Assembly: GCA_964409505.1 (NCBI GenBank)
Contig: CAYPDK010000024.1
Location: 396-64,395, forward strand
Length of the DNA stretch: 64,000 nt
Reading direction: 5' to 3'
Source: an uncultured Rickettsiaceae bacterium
GTDB lineage: Bacteria; Pseudomonadota; Alphaproteobacteria; Rickettsiales; Rickettsiaceae
Each line of letters opens with the position of its first letter. Position 1 is the stretch's first letter. The notes below the pieces were generated by a model. The model saw only the letters and a program-made list of their open reading frames with translations. It was not told the origin of the DNA and ran no database searches. This document shows, in pieces, positions 19,389 through 30,700 of the stretch. The translations under genes and the position numbers were made by a program.

Positions 19389-20186
19389 TTACCTTTTAGC
19401 CCGTTTAAATAAGTTAAAAAAATTTCTTGTTGTTAATTCACATAATTTTTCAAATTCTATTTTTAGTGTTTTTGATATATGAGTTAGTATATGCCTACAA
19501 TTAGAGGGATCATTTATCTTTCCTCTTTTGGGCTCAGGAGATAAATATGGTGAATCTGTCTCACATAATAGCCTGTCCAATGGGATATAATTTAGTAATT
19601 CGTTTAAATTTTGTGCATTTTTAAATGTAATAATTCCAGACATTGAAATATACATTCCTATGTCTAGCATAGATTTTGCAAATTCTTTTGAGCCAGTAAA
19701 GCAGTGTAGTACTCCAGAAAAATGTTGCTCTCTTTCTAGATTTAATAAAATTTTCTTTGTATCTGGCTCTGCATTTCTTGTGTGTATTATCACTGGAAGA
19801 GACGTTTTTTGTGCAGCTCTTATATGAGTTATGAGTGATTGTTGTTGTATATTCTTAATCTTAGGAACAATAGATATATTATAATAATCAAGTCCAGTTT
19901 CTCCTATAGATGTTATTTTAGAATTTGAAGCAAATTTCAATATAGTGTTTAATGTTATATCATCACTTATGTAACTCTTGCTTACTTCATTTGGATGGAT
20001 TCCTATAGAAGCAAATATTTTATCACTTTTTTTAGCTATACTTAATATTTGTTCCATGTTATTTAGGTTGATTGATATCGTTTGAAGATATTTTACTCCT
20101 GCATTGGTCGCTTTTGATAGTATTTGCTCTAAAGAGTAGTGCTTCATGAGCATGTCTAAATGGCAATGAGAGTCGACAATGTACAT
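19389..20186 (-). CDS. tatD: TatD-family metal-dependent hydrolase/DNase
   Basis: 265 aa. N-terminal VDSHCHLD metal-binding motif, GETGLDY, IHTR, and the C-terminal ETDSPYL motif. Confidence 0.9.
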   Translation of the reverse strand: MYIVDSHCHLDMLMKHYSLEQILSKATNAGVKYLQTISINLNNMEQILSIAKKSDKIFASIGIHPNEVSKSYISDDITLNTILKFASNSKITSIGETGLDYYNISIVPKIKNIQQQSLITHIRAAQKTSLPVIIHTRNAEPDTKKILLNLEREQHFSGVLHCFTGSKEFAKSMLDIGMYISMSGIITFKNAQNLNELLNYIPLDRLLCETDSPYLSPEPKRGKINDPSNCRHILTHISKTLKIEFEKLCELTTRNFFNLFKRAKR

Positions 20187-20210
20187 ACTACTAATATTGA
20201 GGAGAGAAAA

Positions 20211-21749
20211 TTAAATTATTTTATGAAAAATTGTATATGGTTTTTGTATCTCTTTATTTGGAGTAAGAGAATATTTTTTTTGTAAAAAATAAAAACTTCT
20301 TTTAGACTCTTCTATGTTTAATAAATTAAGGATTTTCTTTGCAGTGTCAGGAATAAAAGGTTGTAACATTATTCCTATATATCTTATGAGTTCTAGTAAT
20401 TGATACATAATTTGACTCATTTTGTTTATTTTTTGATTTCTTTTCAAAAACCAAGGTTCCTCTCGATCTATAAATTCATTTCCTAACTCTACTAATTTCA
20501 GTATAATTTCAAGCATTTCATTTAATTTGTACTCTTTATTATAATTAAACCAGGCTTCGACTGAATTATTTAGTGTTTGTAAAAAACTACTTTTATTATA
20601 TAAATCTTGAATTTGCTCATAGGAAATACTGGGTATAGACTTGTTACAATTTGTATAGACAAAAGAACAACTTCTGTGTACAAAATTGCCTATTTTATTT
20701 ACTAATTCATTATTGTGTAGTCTGATTACGCTCTCTTTTTTGTAGTCTCCATCATTTCCTAATTTCATGTTTCTTATCAAAAAATATCTGATTGTATCCA
20801 AGCCAAATTCTTTTATCTCATCTGATGGGTCTATTACGTTTCCTAAAGATTTAGAAATTTTTTCTCCATTATTTGTCCACCAACCATTAACTAAAATATT
20901 TTTAGGGAGAGGAAGTTTTACTGCCAATAAAAATGCAGGCCAATATATAGCATGAAACTTTAATATATCCTTCCCTATTATATGAATATTTGCAGGCCAA
21001 TATTCAAAAAACCTCTTCTCATCTTTTACATAATCTATTCCTGATAGATAAGAGCAAAGAGCATCTAACCAAACGTAGATTGTATGTTTAGGATCCCTAG
21101 GAACAGAAATTCCCCAAGGAACATTAATTCTCGAAATAGATAAATCATCTAAGCCATTTTTAATAAAATTTATTACCTCGTGTCTATATTTTGTAGGAAT
21201 AATAAATTCTTTATTTTCCTCATAAAAATCTAAAAGCTTACTCTGCCACCTAGAAAGAGCAAAAAAATAACTCTCTTCCGATATCCATTCCACCTCCGAG
21301 CCAGTAGGAGATAATCTATCTTGACTTAGTTCCTGTTCCTTATAAAAGCTCTCGTCTCTTCTGGAGTACCACCCCTCATATTTTCCTAAATATATGTTAC
21401 CTGTCTGTGCTAATTGATTCCAAATTGAGATAACGCTTTTTTCATGATGTTTTTCTGTAGTACTTATAAAAGAGACGTTATCTAAATTTAATTTTTTTGT
21501 TAATAATAAAAATTGTTCTCTATTTTTTGATATAAAGTCTTCTATTGGTTCTTTTGCTAGTTTTGCTGAGTGCTCTATTTTTGAACCATGTTCATCTGTC
21601 CCTGTTAAAAGTAAAACTTGTTTATTATTTAATTTTTGTAGCCGACAGATAATATCTGCTATAATGCTTGTATATGCGTGTCCTATGTGAGGCTTGTCGT
21701 TTACATAATATATAGGAGTTGTTATAAATATTGGTTTCTTACTATTCAT
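20211..21749 (-). CDS. metG: Methionine--tRNA ligase (short form)
   Basis: 512 aa. HIGH motif PHIGHAYT, KMSKS motif KISKSLGN. Lacks the C-terminal tRNA-binding appendix. Confidence 0.94.
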   Translation of the reverse strand: MNSKKPIFITTPIYYVNDKPHIGHAYTSIIADIICRLQKLNNKQVLLLTGTDEHGSKIEHSAKLAKEPIEDFISKNREQFLLLTKKLNLDNVSFISTTEKHHEKSVISIWNQLAQTGNIYLGKYEGWYSRRDESFYKEQELSQDRLSPTGSEVEWISEESYFFALSRWQSKLLDFYEENKEFIIPTKYRHEVINFIKNGLDDLSISRINVPWGISVPRDPKHTIYVWLDALCSYLSGIDYVKDEKRFFEYWPANIHIIGKDILKFHAIYWPAFLLAVKLPLPKNILVNGWWTNNGEKISKSLGNVIDPSDEIKEFGLDTIRYFLIRNMKLGNDGDYKKESVIRLHNNELVNKIGNFVHRSCSFVYTNCNKSIPSISYEQIQDLYNKSSFLQTLNNSVEAWFNYNKEYKLNEMLEIILKLVELGNEFIDREEPWFLKRNQKINKMSQIMYQLLELIRYIGIMLQPFIPDTAKKILNLLNIEESKRSFYFLQKKYSLTPNKEIQKPYTIFHKII

Positions 21750-21770
21750 TTTATCTTTGAAAAATTAAAT

Positions 21771-22700
21771 TTATATTAAAAAATACAGTACGACGGAGAT
21801 TGTTAAAATAGAAATGATTGTACTAAATGTAATTATACTTGACATCGTTTCTGCGTCTCCTTTGAGTTGTTTTGATAGTATGTTTGCAGTTGTAGAGCAG
21901 GGCATTGAGCTAAATAATATACCTACTAATCTTTCTTGTTCGTTAAGATTCATAAAATAAAACACTCCGTATGTAATACATGGAAAAAGTATTAACTTTA
22001 TCAGGGATGTATAAATTATTTGTGGAATATATTGGTTTATGAGTTTGAATTTTAAACTAGCACCTATTATCATTAAGCTCATTGGCAGACCTGAATCACT
22101 TAGGTGGGATATAAATTTTTCTATTCCAATATTTAGCTCTACTTCATTATACACAAATATGAATCCTATAAGGCTTGCTAATATGACTGGGTTCTTTATT
22201 ATAGAGTATATTACTAAAAACAAAGTTTTTGTTTTTGTTTTTGTATTCTCATCGCGAATATAATATGCAAATACAGCAATAGATAATATATTTACGTAAA
22301 TTACAAGATATGGGGCAAGCATAGATGCTATTCCTAAGGCTCTTCCTTGCGTCAGGGCATCACTTAAAGCTAGGAAGAGATAATTATTAAATCTAATGCA
22401 TCCTTGAAATAAAGATGTAAATTGCTTATTGTCATAGCCTATCTTTGTCTTGTATATTATCAAGGAAATTGCAACAATGCCTAAAGATATCATTAAAGAA
22501 AACATTAAGTCTAAAATTTCGGAAAATTCTACAGTGTTTTTAACAATGTTCTTAAATAATACGGCAGGAAGAAGTATGTAAAAAGATAATTTCTCTAATC
22601 CAGACCAGAACTCGTTTGATTTTAACCATCTTCTTTTTATGATGCTCCCTAAAAATGTTATTAAAAATATAGGAATTACATGATAAAAAGTACTTTGCAT
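21771..22700 (-). CDS. AEC (auxin efflux carrier) family permease
   Basis: 309 aa, about 10 hydrophobic helices in a 5+5 layout around a short polar loop (DENTKTKTK). The N-terminus IPIFLITFLGSIIKRR is typical of the family. Confidence 0.6.
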   Translation of the reverse strand: MQSTFYHVIPIFLITFLGSIIKRRWLKSNEFWSGLEKLSFYILLPAVLFKNIVKNTVEFSEILDLMFSLMISLGIVAISLIIYKTKIGYDNKQFTSLFQGCIRFNNYLFLALSDALTQGRALGIASMLAPYLVIYVNILSIAVFAYYIRDENTKTKTKTLFLVIYSIIKNPVILASLIGFIFVYNEVELNIGIEKFISHLSDSGLPMSLMIIGASLKFKLINQYIPQIIYTSLIKLILFPCITYGVFYFMNLNEQERLVGILFSSMPCSTTANILSKQLKGDAETMSSIITFSTIISILTISVVLYFLI

Positions 22701-23078
22701 GCTCTTTCATTGTTTTTTAGTGTTTGTGCAATAGCATACTACATAATTAGTCGTTTAAATGCAAGATTTTATGAGTGCTTTTGTAGTAGGGCCTGCTTAA
22801 GGTTGCCTAAAAATGGGCATATCTAATTTTAGATACTCTATGTATTTTCATTCTTTTGTGAACTTTCTTCTATAAAAAGATATTTGTAATCATCTTCATT
22901 AAATTCAGAAGAAGTTGTTTTTTTTAAATTCTTACTCTCAGTATAAATTTTTTCATTAGAATCTATAAAATTTTTCATTAAAAAATACGAAATAATCAAC
23001 ATTATACAGGAAGTTATAAACTTGTACATAAAAGTTTGTATAAAATATAAAATATATTAATATAATCTTAACATAATA

Positions 23079-24131
23079 TTATATCTTTTGTAAAACTAAT
23101 AGTAAGCTTTTTCTTTTATAAAAAGTTAAAATGTGTTTCCTTATATAAATTTTAAATTTTAATTTTTGTAAAACTTTATCTATAAAATCTTCGCTATGGA
23201 AAAAAGAAAAAGTTGTATAGTCAAATTTATTTAACTCTTTATTTTTAGGGTTACTGAGAATTATTTGAGATATAAAATGTCCCCCTTCCTCTAAATGATC
23301 GTATACATATGATAATACATGCTCAAGACTTGTATCATAATTTATCCCAAAATAATTTATTACTAAATTGTATTTTTTATTTGAATTAGAAAAAAAATTT
23401 TCTATAGAATTAGTTAAAATATTGCTGTCGTATATCTTATGACTTTCATTTATAAGGGTAGAGATCTCATGCATTTTTGGAGATATATCGAATCCATCTA
23501 TGATTAAATTTTTTATATCAGATAGGTAGTTTCTTAGTTTATAACCTAATTTACCTGTACTGTTTAGTATATCTAATATTTCGTATTTTTGTGAAGATTT
23601 GCTCTTAATTTGTTGTATTTTAACTTCTTCCTTTAAAAAAACTTCTACAGAACTTAAAAACCTAGCAACACATTTTTTATTTAAAAATTTTTTGTAAAAA
23701 AAGCTACTAACTATATCTCTATACTCTCTTTGAAACTCTGACTTTACTACCTCTATAGTTGTAATTTTTTTTATAAACATTTCTAAATCATGCCTTCCTG
23801 CATTTAAAAACATCTCAGCTGCTTGATTTTGTTTGTTACAATCTCGTAATAAATAACTCCATCCAAGATAATAATAGGCTACTTTTTTTTGCTCCTCCTT
23901 TTCTATAAAATTTAGAATTATTTTTAATCTGAAAATTGTATCTGGGATGTTACCATTTTTAAAGTGATACATTACTAAATTCATGTTAGTTTGTAGAAGA
24001 TTTTTTATCCTAAATCTTGTTTTATAAATACTGAAAATTACTGCTCTTTTTTGCAATCTGAAATATTGAGGAATGTTTATTACAAAATCTTTAAAAGTAA
24101 AAAATATTTTTTTTATACTTAAAAGTACCAT
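23079..24131 (-). CDS. COG4976-like TPR/class I methyltransferase-fold protein with divergent SAM motif I
   Basis: 350 aa. The C-terminal half follows the methyltransferase layout: YEILDILNSTGKLG (motif I position), IDGFDISPKM, KYNLVINYFGINY, LEEGGHFISQI, FFHSEDFI. The N-terminal helical part has a TPR-like AYYYLGWSYL segment. The glycine-rich loop is degenerate (NSTG instead of GCGTG). Confidence 0.5.
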   Translation of the reverse strand: MVLLSIKKIFFTFKDFVINIPQYFRLQKRAVIFSIYKTRFRIKNLLQTNMNLVMYHFKNGNIPDTIFRLKIILNFIEKEEQKKVAYYYLGWSYLLRDCNKQNQAAEMFLNAGRHDLEMFIKKITTIEVVKSEFQREYRDIVSSFFYKKFLNKKCVARFLSSVEVFLKEEVKIQQIKSKSSQKYEILDILNSTGKLGYKLRNYLSDIKNLIIDGFDISPKMHEISTLINESHKIYDSNILTNSIENFFSNSNKKYNLVINYFGINYDTSLEHVLSYVYDHLEEGGHFISQIILSNPKNKELNKFDYTTFSFFHSEDFIDKVLQKLKFKIYIRKHILTFYKRKSLLLVLQKI

Positions 24132-24321
24132 AGGGCTTTCATATGTTATATTTTATCTTATAATTAGATCTTTAAACGAAAATATATAAATTGTATTAGT
24201 ATGTGGGTAATTTTGTAATAAAAATATAAGATTGCAGTTTTATGTTCAATCTATATGTGGATTTTTTATCAAAATCTTTATGTACTAAGTCATTATTTTT
24301 AATTACAAATAAAGGGTTTTT

Positions 24322-25542
24322 ATGTCATCTTGTATCTCAAAGAGAATGCTTTCTATTAAACAATCACAAACTTTAGAAATAGCTTCTAAAACTAGAAAAA
24401 TGAAGTCTGATAATATAGATGTTATCTCTCTTGGAGTAGGAGAGAGTGAATTTGATACTCCAATACATGTGAAATATAGCGCTATTAAGTCAATAGTTGA
24501 GGGGGATACAAAATATACTGATGTGGGGGGAAAAATTGAATTAAGAGAAGCTATATGTAAAAAATTTTCTGATGATTATAACTTGTCTTACAACTCTGAC
24601 GAAGTGATAGTTAGCGCAGGGGCAAAACAAGTACTATTTAACCTTTTCTTTGTAACTTTAAATCCAGCAGAAGAAGTTATCCTAATCAAACCTTATTGGA
24701 ATTCGTATGTTGAAATGGTTAATGCTATTGGAGGAAAAGTTGTTTTCGTAGATTCTGTGCAAGAAGATAATTTTTCTCTAAATCTAACACGCTTAGAAGC
24801 ATCTATCTCCGATAAAACAAAGTGGATATTGTTAAATTACCCTAATAATCCAACAGGAAAAATTCTCCTTAAAAATGAAATAGAAGGAGTTATATTATTA
24901 CTTAAAAAATATCCGCATGTTAACCTTATTCTTGATGAAATTTATGAATATATTACTTTTAATTCTGCTGGAGAATATTGTAATTTCCAAAGTTATATGA
25001 AGAATAATTTTCTAAAAGATAGAATATTTTTTATAAATGGTGTGTCTAAAACTTATTCTATGACTGGTTGGCGTATTGGTTATGGTGTAGGAAATTCTGA
25101 TATAATCAAAGCTATGAGAATTATACAATCTCATACTACTTCTAATCCCTCCTCTATAAGCCAAGCTGCTGCTTTGAGTGCTATAGTATCTTCAAAAGAG
25201 TTTATACAGGTGCATCTTGAATCTTGGAGAAAAAAAAGAGATATCTTATTTGATGCGCTAGTATCCATAAAGGGCGTTAAGTGTTCCAAATCACAAGGGG
25301 CTTTTTATTTATTTCCAGATTTTTCATATTTTCTTGGACAACTCACGAAAGAAAAAAAAGAAATAAAGACTTCTGTAGATCTTTCTATGTATTTGCTTGA
25401 AAGTGCTAAAATATCTACAATTCCAGGAGAAGTTTTTGGAAAAAAAGAGCATCTGAGATTCTCATACGCCGTAGATGAAAAGAAATTAGACATAGCTGTA
25501 TCTAATTTATTGTTAGCAATGAAAAACTTGTCATTTAATTAA
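24322..25542 (+). CDS. aatA: Aspartate/class I aminotransferase
   Basis: 406 aa. NYPNNPTG motif and PLP-lysine context GVSKTYSMTGWRIGY. Confidence 0.9.
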   Translation: MSSCISKRMLSIKQSQTLEIASKTRKMKSDNIDVISLGVGESEFDTPIHVKYSAIKSIVEGDTKYTDVGGKIELREAICKKFSDDYNLSYNSDEVIVSAGAKQVLFNLFFVTLNPAEEVILIKPYWNSYVEMVNAIGGKVVFVDSVQEDNFSLNLTRLEASISDKTKWILLNYPNNPTGKILLKNEIEGVILLLKKYPHVNLILDEIYEYITFNSAGEYCNFQSYMKNNFLKDRIFFINGVSKTYSMTGWRIGYGVGNSDIIKAMRIIQSHTTSNPSSISQAAALSAIVSSKEFIQVHLESWRKKRDILFDALVSIKGVKCSKSQGAFYLFPDFSYFLGQLTKEKKEIKTSVDLSMYLLESAKISTIPGEVFGKKEHLRFSYAVDEKKLDIAVSNLLLAMKNLSFN

Positions 25543-25661
25543 TTTTTTTTATAAAAAAATTAAGATATAATATATAATATTAATATTAACACCTTTTTAT
25601 AATATTTTAATTTATATCAGTGAAGGTTTAATATAATTTATAATTTTAAGAGTAAAGATAA

Positions 25662-27233
25662 GTGGTAGGAGATTTTTTTCAAAAAACATGGGAATATGCT
25701 AATTTACAAAAAAATAAGTCGGTTACGTTTCTTGCACGTAAATATCCTCATTTTGTAACTAATGTATCTTTAAATCCTTGGTTTCAAAATATGTTTTTTG
25801 GAGAAATGACACAAGATGTACAAAATATTATAGATTTAAATAATACGAATGATCTCACTTCAGAAGAAACAAAATTAGAGCATAAAAATACTTTTTCTTC
25901 CTTAGTAGAAATGACTCTAGGAGCTATACTACAAGATTTCACAGATAATCAAATAACAAAAATGTTCTACTCTTTAGATCAAAATAAAAGAGAAGAAATA
26001 TTGTCTAGATATGGGTTAAAAGAGGATTTTTTTACAAATGCAGATAATGTTTTTACATTAGGTGTTACTGATACTTTAATTTCTTTGGGACGGGATATAT
26101 TTTTAGAATATTTTAAAGTGAAAATTCCTACAATAAATGCCTCAACGGTGATGAATTCTATTAATTCTTTAAATAGTCAGGATCAAAATACTTTTTTTAA
26201 TTTTTCGGGTAATTTTTTAGAAAATGCATTAAAGCAATTAAGTAAAAATGATAGTGTTACACCACAAATCTTGACAAATTCATTGTTAAATGTTTTAGAG
26301 GCCTCTTTGCATCAAAAAAATTCTAAAGAAGCTTTTAATGTAATAGTAAAAATAGCTACAGGATGTATAGATAATCCTGTAGTCCCAATAACTCCACCTA
26401 AGTCTAGGGATAGAATAAAAGATATCAAAATTGATAAAACAAAAGAGAATTTTTTGATCTCTACGTTTAAACTTTGTGTTAAGGTTATTGTAGATTTCAT
26501 GCAATTTTTAAAAAGTGCGGCTGTTGAAATGATTCTGAAATTTAGTAAAAAACATAAAAAGTTATTTGATAAATTTTTAGGAACCAACTTATTTAACAAA
26601 TTATTAGATACAAAAATGGTAAAGTCTAAAATAGACCCTTTTTCTCAAGCCTTTGGAATAGATTATGGTTGTTTGACTAAGTTTATAAAAAATTCTCCTA
26701 AGGAAACAAAAATCATGATAAAAGATGCGATTTTATATAATTCTAATACTATTAAGGCCATAAAAAGCTCTTTAGATAATTTTAAGTTGAACGATAATGT
26801 TCTATCTAATGTTATCTCAACTATAGGACAAAAAAGTACCCAGAATAAAATAGTATTTATTAAAGGGCTACATGCAATAATGTCTAGCTATACCAAATAT
26901 GCTAGAATCTCTAAGACAAATTTAAATGAAGATACTAAGAAAAAAATGACAGTTGGATTAGTATTTGATACTTTAAATCAATTGTTCGATCGTTCAAAGG
27001 ATGGAGAAGAAAAACAATTTTTTCAGATTGTTAGTGATGTTTTGTTTGAGGCACCCAAAGAATTAATACAACAAAAAGCTACAGAGCCTCAAAAAAATGA
27101 GACCTATTACATTTCAATAGCTTCTTCTGCTTTTATGAAAGTTACACAAAATGTTGTAGAGGCAGTATCTGACTTATTAAGGATTAAGACTCCTCAGAAA
27201 ACTGTACAGCCACAAACACAACTCGGCATGTAG
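25662..27233 (+). CDS. Hypothetical 523-aa protein, no recognised domain
   Basis: Single long ORF in an otherwise ORF-free 2.2-kb interval. GTG start is uncertain (downstream ATGs exist). Asn/Lys/Ser-rich with composition suggesting mostly helix (by eye). No TM segment or signal peptide. Confidence 0.55.
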   Translation: MVGDFFQKTWEYANLQKNKSVTFLARKYPHFVTNVSLNPWFQNMFFGEMTQDVQNIIDLNNTNDLTSEETKLEHKNTFSSLVEMTLGAILQDFTDNQITKMFYSLDQNKREEILSRYGLKEDFFTNADNVFTLGVTDTLISLGRDIFLEYFKVKIPTINASTVMNSINSLNSQDQNTFFNFSGNFLENALKQLSKNDSVTPQILTNSLLNVLEASLHQKNSKEAFNVIVKIATGCIDNPVVPITPPKSRDRIKDIKIDKTKENFLISTFKLCVKVIVDFMQFLKSAAVEMILKFSKKHKKLFDKFLGTNLFNKLLDTKMVKSKIDPFSQAFGIDYGCLTKFIKNSPKETKIMIKDAILYNSNTIKAIKSSLDNFKLNDNVLSNVISTIGQKSTQNKIVFIKGLHAIMSSYTKYARISKTNLNEDTKKKMTVGLVFDTLNQLFDRSKDGEEKQFFQIVSDVLFEAPKELIQQKATEPQKNETYYISIASSAFMKVTQNVVEAVSDLLRIKTPQKTVQPQTQLGM

Positions 27234-27728
27234 TATATGTAAACAACTTTTGATAGTGATTTCATTTATTCGTTAAATTCCCTTAACTCTTATTCAGAGA
27301 GTTACAAATATAATTAAACTATAGTAACATCTATTGCAGATATAATTTTATGAAAAATAAGGTCTTCAAAATAAGAATATATTCTTCAAAAGAATAGTCT
27401 AAACTTTTAAGTGATAACTTTAAGTTGTGAAAATGCTTTATAATAAGGCTTTATAGATGATGTCTTAACAATATGGATATCATTGTAAATCTGTAGTGTA
27501 GGACATTAAAAAATTTCTCTCCACTTCAAAAAATCTAGAAAATACTCTTGATGAGGAAAAAGAAAGAGATGTAAACTACTGTCATGATATGAATGATTAA
27601 GCAAGAAGGAATGATAAATATACAGGTGAAAGGCTCGGTGTTTTTGCTAGTCGAAATTATGTAAGACACTCAAAAGAGAGCGGTGCTTGTCATATTATAA
27701 GTCTGATACTTTGGGGCTTGAGAAGCGC

Positions 27729-30700
27729 TCACTTAATCTCTATTTTAGCTGTAAAGCCATTTTTGACCTTTAAAAAGACTTTTATATCAGAATTACTTAA
27801 TTCAATAGGGTCCTTAGAGTTTATATTTTCGATACAATTTATCAGGTCAGATTTATCATTTACGTGGTACTCAGAAGGAAAATTTATTTTTGTTAAATAT
27901 TCCTCTAGAGAAAAAATTTTATCAGCCATAAGTTTTTGGTTAGCTGTACGGACTCTTAAGATTACCATATTTTTTATTTTTATTAAAAATATTGATTCTT
28001 GTAGTACTTTTTCATCAAAAATATTGATTTCTTTTGTTCCTTTTAAGTCAGAAATATCAATTGTTATAAATCTACCTGTTTTTGACATTCTTGTATTTTT
28101 TTTGACTATAATACCCGATATTAGTTTGTAATTTGAGTCTTGTAAGTCTTCCTCTTGAGAAAATGAATGCTTGATTTTAGCCTTTTCCAGTAAATGTTTG
28201 TATTTATATATTGGATTATGTGTTATAAATAAACCTAAGGCATCAAATTCACTATAAGCTAACTCTGAGCTACTAAAGTCCTTCGTATTTTTACCGAATG
28301 AAAATATATCATCGTTATTTACTGATATCAAATTTAGTTGAGCAGAATTTTTATTTTCATGGTAATGTTGTGAGTACTTTATTAATCTCTCTAGATTATC
28401 TTGTAGAGATCTCTGATTTTTATGAAGCTTATAGAAGCTTCCAGCTTTTATAATATTCTCTAGGGCTTTCTTATTTAATAATTTGTTGTCTATTCTTTCT
28501 AAAAAATTTATAATGCTGAGAAATGGACCGTTTTGTTTTCGTTCTTTTTCTATTGTGTCTGCAAGTTCTGATGGCATGTTCTTAATTGCCTTTAAGGCGT
28601 ATCTTATAGAATTTTTTAATTTATCAGTTTTTATAGTCTCAATTTTAAAAAATTGATCTGATTCATTAATACAAGGGGGAAGAATTTCTATGTCAAAATT
28701 CTTCATATCATTGATTAGGTGATTTATTTTAAAGCTTTGATGTATGTCTAGATTTAGAGCAGAGCTCATAAATTCTAATGTATAATTGGCTTTTAAATAA
28801 GCAGTTTGATAAGTTATAAGACCATATGCTGAGGCATGTGATTTATTAAATCCATATCCAGCAAATTTTGCTATTGTATCAAATATGCTCTTTGCTTTTT
28901 GATACGTGATACCGTTCTCTTCTGCGCCTTGAATAAATTGTCTTTCTTGATTTAGCATTTCCTCTTTTATCTTTTTTCCCATGGCTCTTCTTAAAAGATC
29001 TGCAGAAGCAATTGTATAATTTGCTAATTTTTGAGCTATCTCCATTACCTGCTCCTGATAAATTATGATTCCGTATGTTGGAATCAAAATATCTTTTATA
29101 AGGGGATGAATATAATCTATCTCTTCTTCTTTATGTTTTCTTGCAATATATGTTTTTATGTTCTCCATAGGACCTGGTCTGTATAGTGCTCCTAGTGCTA
29201 TTATATCGTTTAGGGTATCAGGTTTTAAATTCTTAAGATAGTTCTTAACTCCTATGCTCTCAAATTGAAATATAGCACTACTAAATCCCCTGGATAGCAT
29301 TTTATAAGTCTTTGTATCATTGAGATCAATATCTAATATATCAATATGAATATCTCTTTTTTTTAGTTGGTCAAGACATTTTGAGATAAGAGTTAAGGTT
29401 TGTAATCCTAAAAAATCAAATTTTATTAATCCAGCAAGTTCACAATATTTCATCGAATATTGTACTGTGATCATCTTAGAATTAGGTTCTTTATAAATAG
29501 GTATATTTTCAAGTATTGGTTTATTTGAAATTACAATTCCTGCTGCGTGAGTAGAAAAATGTCTATTAAGCCCCTCAAGCTCAAGAGAGGCTGAAAGTAC
29601 TTCTTTTATAAGTTTTTCATTACCTTTAAATTGATTTATTTTGGATTCTTCTCCTTTATATAATTTGGATAACTCATGGACTTCTTTTACAGCCTGTTTT
29701 AAAGTAACTGGTGATACGGCATTAAATGGTATTAGCTCTGATATTTGCTCTGAGATCTCATATCTTAAGCCAAGAACCCTTGATACATCCTTTATGACGG
29801 ATTTTGCTTGTAATTTTCCGAAAGTGATGATTTGTCCAACTCTATCTTCTCCATATTTTTGAGATACATATTGAATTACCTCAGCCCGTTTTTCTTGACA
29901 AAAATCAATATCAAAATCTGGCATGGAAATACGTTCTGGATTTAAAAATCTCTCGAATAGGAGGCCGAATTTTATTGGATCTAAGTCTGTAATCATTAAT
30001 GACCATGCCACTATTGATCCGGCTCCTGAACCTCTGCCTGGTCCAACTGAAATATTGTTTTTTTTACTCCATTGAACAAAATCTGCAACAATCAAAAAAT
30101 AGCCAGCGAATTTCATTTTACAAATAACGTCTAGTTCATAAGTTAGTCTTGTTATGTAAGCTTCTTTTTTCTGAAAAGGGATTTTATGTTTTTCTAATCT
30201 GTGTTCTAGCCCTTTTTTTGCGATCAGTCTTATAATGTTTTCTTCAGATTCTAGGGCTGAATTTTCGACGAAAGAAGGAAATTTTAAATTTGTTGGCTCT
30301 GTTATAAAATAGCACCTTTGAGCTAGATATACGGTATTTTGTATTGCTGAGGGTAGATCTATAAAAAGATCTACCATTTCTTTCTTGCTTTTGAAGTAGT
30401 AATTTGCTGTATTTTCTTTACTTGATTGGTTACTTAATTTCTCTCCTTTTGAAATACATGTTAAGATTTCATGAATTTTTTTTTTTTCTTTATCATGAAA
30501 TTTTATTTTATTTGTAGCTATTAAAGCTATATTTAGGCTATTTGCTAGTTCTATATATTGACTCTCTATTTGTATTTCTTCTTGAGAATTATGTCTCATA
30601 ATTTCAAAGTAGAATCTATTTGTAAATATGGACTTTAGTTTTTGAGCTATTTCAGAAGCTGTTCTAAAATCTTTTTTTAAAAGCATTTTTCCTATTATTC

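Noticed and set aside
22838-23029. 63-aa minus-strand ORF with one hydrophobic segment (MYKFITSCIMLIISYFLM...)
   Set aside because: It is not overlapped by another gene and could be a small membrane protein. However, it is short, has no recognisable motif and has no visible ribosome-binding context, so there is not enough support to call it as a feature.
27718-28131. 137-aa plus-strand ORF
   Set aside because: Entirely antisense to the C-terminal part of dnaE, with hydrophobic low-complexity translation typical of antisense AT-rich coding DNA.
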